In this document: positions 31,137 to 38,752 of the stretch, piece by piece
How the letters are laid out: each line of letters begins with the position of its first letter
How positions within the stretch are numbered: position 1 is the stretch's first letter
The notes under the pieces: generated by a model
The model's database searches: none
The model's input: the letters and a program-made list of their open reading frames with translations, nothing else
Told to the model about the DNA's origin: nothing
Program-made: the position numbers and the translations under genes
NCBI GenBank assembly: GCA_963752285.1
Contig: CAVVXN010000002.1
Location: 288,001 to 352,000, forward strand
DNA: 64,000 nt
Reading direction: 5' to 3'
Origin: an uncultured Planctomycetota bacterium
GTDB lineage: Bacteria > Planctomycetota > PLA2 > JAEUHO01

Positions 31137-31570
31137 GGGGCCCGAAGGACTTCCGCCTGCAGGACGGGACGGTGATCGACCACCTCCCCGTCGGCTTCGC
31201 GGTGCGGGCGCTTCGACTCCTGAAGCTCCCGCGCGAGGGGCCCGTGACGGTGGGCATGAACGTCCCCTCCACGCGCTACGGTCGGAAGGACATCGTGCGC
31301 GTCGAGCGGCTCGCCCTGGAGAAGAGCGACCTCGACCGGCTCGCGCTCCTGGGCGAGCGCATCACCGTCAGCATCGTGAAGGACGGCGACGTGACGGCGA
31401 AGGTCGTCCTCGAGGTCCCGCGGACGGTCGAGGGCATCCTCACGTGCCCCACCCCGACGTGCATCACGAACCACGAGGCCGTGACCACCGTGTTCCACCG
31501 GATCGGGTCGTACCCGTACCGGTTCCGCTGCCACCACTGCGAGCGGACCGCCGCCACGCCCGACCTCTAG
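31133..31570 (+). CDS. pyrI: Aspartate carbamoyltransferase regulatory subunit
   Basis: GTG overlaps the pyrB stop; GTVIDHL, GMNVPS..GRKD, Zn ligands CPTPTC...CHHC. Confidence 0.93.
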   Translation: MRGPKDFRLQDGTVIDHLPVGFAVRALRLLKLPREGPVTVGMNVPSTRYGRKDIVRVERLALEKSDLDRLALLGERITVSIVKDGDVTAKVVLEVPRTVEGILTCPTPTCITNHEAVTTVFHRIGSYPYRFRCHHCERTAATPDL

Positions 31571-31833
31571 CCCGGGCGCCCCATGAAGCACGCGACGGGC
31601 TCGACGAAGGTGCGGATGCAAACCCGAGCTGCGATCGCGAGGAGGTCACGCCTCCGCCTGCCGGGTGTCCTCCGTGCGCCTGGGGCGCGAGGCCGAGGCG
31701 AGAGGAGGCGGCGACCCCGAGTCCGTGCCTCGGATCTCAGGTCGTGGACGACGAGCAACGCCGTCATCGGGGTCCTGGCGTGCCGAGGCCCGCGTGACGT
31801 GCGAAGGTCCATGCGTTGTCCGGCCTAGCCCGC

Positions 31834-32487
31834 ATGCGGCCCTACGAGGAGCACGTCGAGCGTGCGCCGGAAGAGATGCGGGCCCGTGCGCGCGCGTTTC
31901 GGGAGGAGATCGCGCGGCGGCGGAGCGTGCGCCACTTCTCCGACCGACCGATCCCGGAGGGCGTGCTCGAGGACTGCCTTCGCGCCGCGGGGTCCGCGCC
32001 GAGCGGGGCGAACCTCCAGCCATGGCACTTCGTCGTGGTGCGAGACGGAGCGCTGAAGCGCCGCATCCGCGAGGCGGCCGAGACCGAGGAGCGCGCCTTC
32101 TACGAGCGCCGCGCGCCCGACGAGTGGCTGGCGGCGCTCCGCCCGCTCGGGACGAACGCCGAGAAACCCTTCCTCGACACGGCGCCCGCCCTCGTCGCGA
32201 TCTTCGGAGCGAGGTGGGGGACCCGTCCCGACGGCGGGCGGCGCAAGCACTACTACGTGGACGAGTCGGTCGGGATCGCGACCGGGTTCCTGATCGCGGC
32301 GCTCCACCACGCCGGGCTCGCGACGCTGACGCACACGCCGAGTCCGATGCGCTTCCTCGGCGAGATCCTCGAGCGGCCCGAGAACGAGCGGGCGTTCCTG
32401 CTGCTGGTCGTCGGCTACCCGGCCGAGGACGCGCGGGTCCCGGACCTCTCGCGAAAGGATCTCGACGACATCGCCACCTTCCTCTGA
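31834..32487 (+). CDS. Nitroreductase superfamily protein, iodotyrosine deiodinase-like
   Basis: [54 protein letters not shown]. Confidence 0.88.
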   Translation: MRPYEEHVERAPEEMRARARAFREEIARRRSVRHFSDRPIPEGVLEDCLRAAGSAPSGANLQPWHFVVVRDGALKRRIREAAETEERAFYERRAPDEWLAALRPLGTNAEKPFLDTAPALVAIFGARWGTRPDGGRRKHYYVDESVGIATGFLIAALHHAGLATLTHTPSPMRFLGEILERPENERAFLLLVVGYPAEDARVPDLSRKDLDDIATFL

Positions 32488-32508
32488 GCCCGCCGGCGGC
32501 CCCGCGCG

Positions 32509-33255
32509 CTACCGGGCGTCCAGCAGGGCGGACCAGGCGCGGTCGAGAGCCGGCGCGAGGAGCGAGACGTCCGTCGCGCCCGCGCCCGGCCCGTGCGCGA
32601 AGAAGTGGTTGAGGCCGGGGAGCGTCTCCATGCGCGCGCCGGGCGGGAGCGCGGGCTCGAGGTCCTCCCGCGGCGCCACGACGTCGCGCTCGCCGACGAT
32701 CACCCGGACGGGCACCGGGACCTGCGCGAGCGCGTCGAGCGACCGTTCGTCCCTCGCCGCGGTCTCGAGGGGTCGCCCCAGGAGGAGGCGCCCGAAGTCG
32801 CGGGCGCTCCTCGGGACGCGGGTGGCGGGCGCGAGGAGGACGAGGCCGGCCACGTCGAGCGGCGCCTCCCCGCTCGGCCCGCCCGCGGCGAGACGCGCGA
32901 GGGCGCGCGCGCCATACGAGAACCCGGCGCCGTAGAGCGGACCGCGCGGCTGGAGCGCGCGAACGTGGGCGGCGGCGCGGCGCACCTCGTCGAGGTGGGC
33001 GCGGGCGTCGTCCGCGTCGCCCTCGCTCTCGCGCACGCCGCCGAAGTCGAACCGGAGCGCGACGAGCCCGGCCGCCGCCGCGCGTTCGGCCGTGAGGACC
33101 ACCACGGGATGGTCCATGTGGCCGCCGTGCGCGGGGTGCGGGTGACACACGACCGCCGCGCCCCGGGGGTTCGGGCCCGCGAGGTGGACGAACGCGGTGA
33201 GCCGGCGGCCGCGGGCGAGGACCACGTCGGGGCGCGGCCCGCCGGGGCCGCTCAA
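32509..33255 (-). CDS. Alpha/beta-fold hydrolase
   Basis: TTG overlaps the parA stop; CHPHPAHGGHMDHPVV, GFSYG nucleophile elbow, GERD, NHFF. Confidence 0.85.
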   Translation of the reverse strand: MSGPGGPRPDVVLARGRRLTAFVHLAGPNPRGAAVVCHPHPAHGGHMDHPVVVLTAERAAAAGLVALRFDFGGVRESEGDADDARAHLDEVRRAAAHVRALQPRGPLYGAGFSYGARALARLAAGGPSGEAPLDVAGLVLLAPATRVPRSARDFGRLLLGRPLETAARDERSLDALAQVPVPVRVIVGERDVVAPREDLEPALPPGARMETLPGLNHFFAHGPGAGATDVSLLAPALDRAWSALLDAR

Positions 33256-34133
33256 CGCGCCACGCCGTCGCCCTTCGCCGACGCCTCTCGCGACGTCTCC
33301 CCCGACGTCGCCCCCGGCGTCCCGGGCGACGGCGGACGCTCGGCGGTCGCGACGGGCGGGGCGAGGCCGGCCGGGGAGGTCGTCTCGACCTCCTCCGCGA
33401 GCGCGCGGTAGTCGGCGGCGCCCGCCGATCCGGGGGCGTACTCGAAGATGTGCTGCCCGTGGCCGGGCGCCTCGGCGAGCCGTACGTTCTGGCGGACCCG
33501 CGTGTGGAACACGCGGGAGGGGAAGTGGCGCTTCACCTCCTCGATCACCTCGCGGGCCAGGTTCGTCACGGGGTTGACCATCGTCGTGACGATGCCCGTG
33601 ATCCTCACCTCGGGATGGATCCCCTGCTGGACCATCGACACGATGCGGGAGAGCTGTCCGAGGCCGCGCAGGGCGAAGTACTCGGTCTGGAGCGTGATGA
33701 AGACCTCGCGGCACGCGGCCATCGCGTTCAGGGTGAGCAGGCCGAGGCTCGGCGGGCAGTCCACCAGGATCCAGTCCCAGCGGTCCTTCGGCGCCGCCGC
33801 GACCGCACGGCGAAGGAGCGTCTCCCGGCCGGGCCGGTCCGCGATCTCGACCTCGACGGCCGCGAGGTCCTCGTCGCCGGGGATGACCTCGAGCCGCTCC
33901 GTCGCCGTGGGGATCGCCGCCTCGACGAGGGGCGTGCCCGCCGTCAGCACGTCGTAGATCGTGGCCTCGTCCTCGAGCGAGCCGACGCCGAGGTGGTCGG
34001 TCAGGTTCCCCTGGGGGTCGAGGTCCACCAGCAGCACGCGCCGTCCGCGGAGCGCGAGCGCGGCCCCGAGGTTCACGGCGGTGGTGGTCTTCCCGACGCC
34101 GCCCTTCTGGTTCAGGATCGCGACGACCCGCAT
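33252..34133 (-). CDS. parA: ParA/Soj-family ATPase (no parB nearby)
   Basis: NQKGGVGKTTT, DLDPQGN, DCPPSLG, EYFALRG, NVRLAEAP. Confidence 0.93.
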   Translation of the reverse strand: MRVVAILNQKGGVGKTTTAVNLGAALALRGRRVLLVDLDPQGNLTDHLGVGSLEDEATIYDVLTAGTPLVEAAIPTATERLEVIPGDEDLAAVEVEIADRPGRETLLRRAVAAAPKDRWDWILVDCPPSLGLLTLNAMAACREVFITLQTEYFALRGLGQLSRIVSMVQQGIHPEVRITGIVTTMVNPVTNLAREVIEEVKRHFPSRVFHTRVRQNVRLAEAPGHGQHIFEYAPGSAGAADYRALAEEVETTSPAGLAPPVATAERPPSPGTPGATSGETSREASAKGDGVAR

Positions 34134-34249
34134 CCCGTAAGGCTACCCGCGGCCGCGGACGGCCGACGGAGACGGGACGGCCCCGGCCTCCGGCGCCGCG
34201 CGGGCGTCCCCGCCTCGGCCGCGAGCCGGTGGGATCTCGCGCCCGCCGC

Positions 34250-35458
34250 TCACACCGGCCGGCCGACGAGGTAGGAGAGGAGGACCGTCGCGAAGCAGCC
34301 GGGCGGGAGCACGAACCGGACGAGGACCGAGCCGCCCGGCTCCTCCTCGAGGCTCGCCTCCTCGATCGGCACCGCGAGCGGGCGCCGGTCGCCCCGCGCG
34401 CGCGCCGCCTGCGAGGAGAAGGCCTCGGGCAGCACGCCTTCCTTCGCGAGCACCTCCCGCTCGATCGTTCCGGGGCGACCCTTTGCGAGGTCCAGGTCGT
34501 ACCCCACGAGCGGGCCCGTGGGGACCGCGCGCGTGGGCCCGCCGCCGAGCGCGAGGGCCTCCGCCTCGTCGCGCACGGGGACGCGTGCCCCGCTCGGGTA
34601 CAGCGCGGCGACGTCCCCGACCTCCAGGCGGTCGTAGGTGCCGTCGGCCACCCGGCGTTCGAGGATGCGGTTGAAGAGCCAGGCCTGCCACGCGGCGATC
34701 CAGATGCGTCGGGGCCGGCGGCCGAGCGCGAGGAACGCCTCGCGCGGGCTCTTCGTCTTGAGCAGGGTGCTCGCGACCTTCTTCTCCGTCCGTCGTTTCA
34801 GCGGGATCAGGTCCCGGCAGGTGGCCAGGTCGCCGCGGTCGTAGGCCTCCCGCGCCGCGACCATCCGAGGGTCGCGCTCGTGCTCGGACGGGCGCCCGAG
34901 GAGCTGCGACGCGAAGCCGTTCCAGTCCTCGTTCACGATCGACCGTCCGAGCAGGTGACCGTCGCGACGCACGCCGAACCGCTGCGACCCGTAGGCGTTC
35001 GGCATCCCGCGCGCGGCGAAGAGCTCGATCGCGCGCCGCGCGGACCCGACGCGCGTCGCGTCCACGCCGCGGATGCGGATCGTGAACCGGTTCCCGCGAT
35101 GGTGACCGATGCGGACGGGCGACACGTGCCGGGCCGCCGTGAGGACGCGAAAGCGCGGATGGCGGATCCGCAGCACGCGCTCGGGCGGCACGCGCGGGAC
35201 CGAGAGGTACTGCCGCGTGACCGCCTGCGTGTCCTTGAGCCCGGCGTATCCGACGTCGTTCTCGCTCACCTTCGCGCTCTTGCTCACGCGGAGCAGGACG
35301 TCGAACGTGGAGATCTGGCGCTTCTCGACCTGGAACACGACGTACTCGCCGCGTCCCGTCGGACGGACGAGGGGGATCTCCTCGACGCGGAAGTCCTCGG
35401 GGACGTCCCGGATGCGGCCGCCCAGGAGGACGGGCTCCCCGCCGAGGGCGGGGGGCAT
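34250..35458 (-). CDS. truD: tRNA pseudouridine(13) synthase
   Basis: ATG at 35458; PEDFRVEE, GYAGLKD, GNRF, NAYGSQRFG, FVLPPGCFAT. Confidence 0.93.
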   Translation of the reverse strand: MPPALGGEPVLLGGRIRDVPEDFRVEEIPLVRPTGRGEYVVFQVEKRQISTFDVLLRVSKSAKVSENDVGYAGLKDTQAVTRQYLSVPRVPPERVLRIRHPRFRVLTAARHVSPVRIGHHRGNRFTIRIRGVDATRVGSARRAIELFAARGMPNAYGSQRFGVRRDGHLLGRSIVNEDWNGFASQLLGRPSEHERDPRMVAAREAYDRGDLATCRDLIPLKRRTEKKVASTLLKTKSPREAFLALGRRPRRIWIAAWQAWLFNRILERRVADGTYDRLEVGDVAALYPSGARVPVRDEAEALALGGGPTRAVPTGPLVGYDLDLAKGRPGTIEREVLAKEGVLPEAFSSQAARARGDRRPLAVPIEEASLEEEPGGSVLVRFVLPPGCFATVLLSYLVGRPV

Positions 35459-35502
35459 CGTGTCCTCTGCGGGCTCCGGGAGGACGTCGGCCTCCGGGTC
35501 CC

Positions 35503-36861
35503 TCACCGGTCGGTCATCTCGACGGAGTCCAGGAGCTCCTGGATCGTCTTGCCCCACTTGTCCATGCCGCGGCGCGATATGTCGATGATGATCGCGCAGG
35601 ACAGCTTGCTCGTGCCCCAGGCGAGCCGGGTCACCACGTCCTCGCCCACGCCCCGCGGCGCGATGCCGCCGAGCACGCCGCGGAAGGCCTCGATGGTCTT
35701 CTCGGAGCCGAGACGCTCGTTCTTCGCCTTCTCGACGGCGCGGAGCTTGCTCAGGTCCTCGTAGTCGAGCTTGTCGGGTCGTTTGTCCTTCTCGGAGAAG
35801 GCCTCCTTCTGCTTCTCCCAGTCGGGCAGGGCGAGGAACGTCTTCGTCTTCTTCGGCCAGTCGTACGTCCAGACCCGCCCGGACGGATGCTGATGGTTGA
35901 AGCCGTTGTCTCCGCCCCACCAGAGGTCGAACGCCCAGTTGCGGATGTTCACGGTCTGGCCCATGCCGCGCTGGAACACGTAGAACAGGATCTGGTACGA
36001 GCCCCCGCGTTCGTTGTCCTCGAACCACGCGACCACGCCGGGGTACTTCTGGCGGTCGAACTCCTTCGACTTGAGGCCCTTGGGCTTCACGAGCTTCCAG
36101 CCGACGGCCACGTTCTCGACCGTGCGCTCCTCGGCCTCGTCGCCGGTCGGCTGCTTCTCCTCGTCGGGCGGCGGGCCGGCGTCCGGGTTCTGCTCGGGCT
36201 TGGGCTTCTGCTTGACGGTCTTGTCCAGGAGGTCGAACCCGTTCTCGATGCTGTAGAAGTCGGCGACGATCCCCTCCTCGTCGCGCTCGGTGGGCCACGC
36301 GTAGACGCGGACCTCGTAGAGCTTTCCCTCGAAGACCACGAGCATCAGCGCCGCCTTCGTGTCGGCCGACTTCCCGTCGAGGTTGTTCGACCTGCCCTTG
36401 ACGTCCAGCGTGCGGAGCGGGATGCCTCCGTCGAGCTCGTCCTTCTCGATCTCCACCTCGGGCCACTGGGAGGGGTCGCTCCCGAACCGCTCGAGGAGGA
36501 GCCGCTGGACGTCCTTGTCGGCGGCGATCTGGTCGATGTCCTTGTCCGCCGGAGCCTCCGAGATGGCGACGTGCATCTCGCCCCCCTGCCCCGTCGCCGG
36601 CTCGCCGTTCGAGAGCTTCGCGAGCTTCCGGACCGCGCCGAACTTGATGTGGAGGGCGTCCCACGCGGGGAGCGGCGTCTCCGTCTTCCACTCCGCGGGG
36701 AGCTCGAACGTGACGTTCAGCTCCGGCTTGTCCACGATCTCGCCGCGCGCGGGGGGCGCGCCCGGAAGGGCCAGCAGCGCCGCGGCGATCGACCCGAGCA
36801 ACGCCCGCGTCCCGAGCCGCCGGGCCGCAGACCGATCTCGTCTCGGCGCGCGCATGGTCAC
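35503..36861 (-). CDS. Secreted hypothetical protein with two repeated domains (start may be 36855)
   Basis: Signal peptide; Lys/Asp/Glu-rich composition; two 'F/W-x-L-x-P' domain starts. Confidence 0.75.
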   Translation of the reverse strand: MTMRAPRRDRSAARRLGTRALLGSIAAALLALPGAPPARGEIVDKPELNVTFELPAEWKTETPLPAWDALHIKFGAVRKLAKLSNGEPATGQGGEMHVAISEAPADKDIDQIAADKDVQRLLLERFGSDPSQWPEVEIEKDELDGGIPLRTLDVKGRSNNLDGKSADTKAALMLVVFEGKLYEVRVYAWPTERDEEGIVADFYSIENGFDLLDKTVKQKPKPEQNPDAGPPPDEEKQPTGDEAEERTVENVAVGWKLVKPKGLKSKEFDRQKYPGVVAWFEDNERGGSYQILFYVFQRGMGQTVNIRNWAFDLWWGGDNGFNHQHPSGRVWTYDWPKKTKTFLALPDWEKQKEAFSEKDKRPDKLDYEDLSKLRAVEKAKNERLGSEKTIEAFRGVLGGIAPRGVGEDVVTRLAWGTSKLSCAIIIDISRRGMDKWGKTIQELLDSVEMTDR

Positions 36862-36865
36862 CTCC

Positions 36866-38578
36866 TCAGAACTTGACCGCTCGCTTCAGGTCGCGAAGGA
36901 CCGACGAGAACGTGTGTTCGGCGTTCTTGCCGCCGAGCTGGATGCGGATGACGTAGATGTACTGCTTGTAGCGGACCACGTAGCCTCGTTCGGAGAAGGG
37001 AGCGTCGCGGAGCGTGCCCGTGAACTCGTAGCCCAGGCCCTTCCCGCGGCCCCACTTGTCCTTGAAGGAGTTGGCCTTGCCCTTCGTGTTCACCTCCGGC
37101 GAGGCCACCGCGTCCTTCCACGTGTTCGCGCGCTGGTCGATGTAGCTCTGCTCCGGGTCCTTCATGTTGGGCTGGTACGCGATCGACGCGACGTCGAAAT
37201 AGAGGTACGACTGCTTGTCCTCGCTCCGGACCTCCCAGGCGACCTTGAGATCGCCACGACCCCCCGGGTCGAGGAGCGACGACATGTCCTCGGGTTTCTT
37301 CGCCGTGAACCCGAGGGACGTGACGTCCTCCTCCTTCCCCTCGCCCGTGCCCCGGGACTGGTTGAAGGGGGGCACCTCGGGGATGCCCGCGGGACCCGTG
37401 ATCCACTCGGTCGTGTCGAGGAACTGGAGCGACGCGACGATGTCCTTGGCCGCGCCCGCGAAGATCACGCGCGCGTCCTTCCATCCGTACATGTCGAGCT
37501 GGAGCTCGTACTGGAAGCGCTGGAGCACCACGAAGTTCCACACCCGGTAGTGCATCTCGCGGTCCTTCCAGCCCGCCATGATGAGCTGTGCGCCCTTGAC
37601 GTTGCCGATGGTGGCGTCCGTGACCGCCTTCGTGTACCGACCGACCACCTTGTCGAACACGTGCTCGGAGATGTTGCTCTGGACGTTGTCCGACTCGGCG
37701 ATGTGGTTCGCGTCCACCCCGGGGCGCGCGGGCGCGGCGAGCAGCCGGACCTCGAAGTACACCTCCGTGGGCTCCCCCTCCTTCTCGGCCTTGCGCTCCG
37801 CCTTCGCGGCGAGGGCGCCGAGGAGGACGCCCCCGCTCTCGGGCACCTTCGCCTCGTCCGAGATCACCGCCCTCCACTTGAGGGGGCTGTCGGCGGGGAC
37901 CGCCCACTTGAGGTTGTAGTGGGGGAAGAGCGCGGCGTTCCCCTCGCGTTTCGGACCGTGCTCGGGCCAGCTGTCCGCGGAGCCGGCGGACTTGGGGTCG
38001 GGCTCCGCCGACCCCGACTCGTCCGCGGGCTCCTCCGGTCCGGCGCCCTCGAGGAGCCGATACGCGCGCCTGAGCGCGTCCACCTCGCCGGCGAGGGTCT
38101 TGTCGCCCTCGCCGCGGAACTGGCAGATGAGCTGGTGGAACAGGCCCTTCGACACGGTGGACCAGACCCGGACCAGGACCGGCACGCCGCTCCCGTCGGT
38201 GCCCTTCACGATCACCTGGCTCGCCCGGATGCCCGAGAGCAGGCCGTCGTGGACGGCCGATCCCTCCACCTTCGACACGCCGAGGCTCGACGCGTTGTCC
38301 ACCACCTCTTGCGTGAGCTCGTCCAGGGAGAGACCGTTCGTGGGGACCACCCGGACCGACACCGTGGCCGTCGCGCCGTCCTTGTTGCGCATCAGCTTCG
38401 CGACGTACCCGTACCCCTTCGCGTCCGGGCTGACGTCCATCCACTCCCAGCTGTCGTTCGGCGTCGTCAGCTTGAAGTTCTTGTCCTTGAACTCCTTCGT
38501 CTCACCGGCCGCGCGGACCGGGGACGGCGCCAGGAGGAGCAGCGAGGTGACGAGGAGCAGCCAGCGGGCGCGGGGCAT
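36866..38578 (-). CDS. Secreted hypothetical protein with three repeated domains
   Basis: GGAGG RBS; signal peptide ending VRA|A; repeats starting NFKLTTPNDSWEW, NLKWAVPADSPLKW, GFTAKKPEDM. Confidence 0.8.
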   Translation of the reverse strand: MPRARWLLLVTSLLLLAPSPVRAAGETKEFKDKNFKLTTPNDSWEWMDVSPDAKGYGYVAKLMRNKDGATATVSVRVVPTNGLSLDELTQEVVDNASSLGVSKVEGSAVHDGLLSGIRASQVIVKGTDGSGVPVLVRVWSTVSKGLFHQLICQFRGEGDKTLAGEVDALRRAYRLLEGAGPEEPADESGSAEPDPKSAGSADSWPEHGPKREGNAALFPHYNLKWAVPADSPLKWRAVISDEAKVPESGGVLLGALAAKAERKAEKEGEPTEVYFEVRLLAAPARPGVDANHIAESDNVQSNISEHVFDKVVGRYTKAVTDATIGNVKGAQLIMAGWKDREMHYRVWNFVVLQRFQYELQLDMYGWKDARVIFAGAAKDIVASLQFLDTTEWITGPAGIPEVPPFNQSRGTGEGKEEDVTSLGFTAKKPEDMSSLLDPGGRGDLKVAWEVRSEDKQSYLYFDVASIAYQPNMKDPEQSYIDQRANTWKDAVASPEVNTKGKANSFKDKWGRGKGLGYEFTGTLRDAPFSERGYVVRYKQYIYVIRIQLGGKNAEHTFSSVLRDLKRAVKF

Positions 38579-38752
38579 GGGGCGACCTCCGTCGGGGCGG
38601 ATAGCGGGGGTCGGCGATTCTAACGCAACGAGCGTGCCGTCGCGGAGTCACCCCGGGGCGCCCGTCGCGCGCCCGCGCCGCGCCCCGACGGCACCGTTCG
38701 GTGTCGGACGTGGCGCGGGGCCCACGCGCGGTGCCCCTCGGCGTCGCGCGAC

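Noticed and set aside
31567..31828. Small ORFs between pyrI and the nitroreductase
   Set aside because: Overlapping Arg-rich frames on both strands with no RBS, -10 box or recognisable motif
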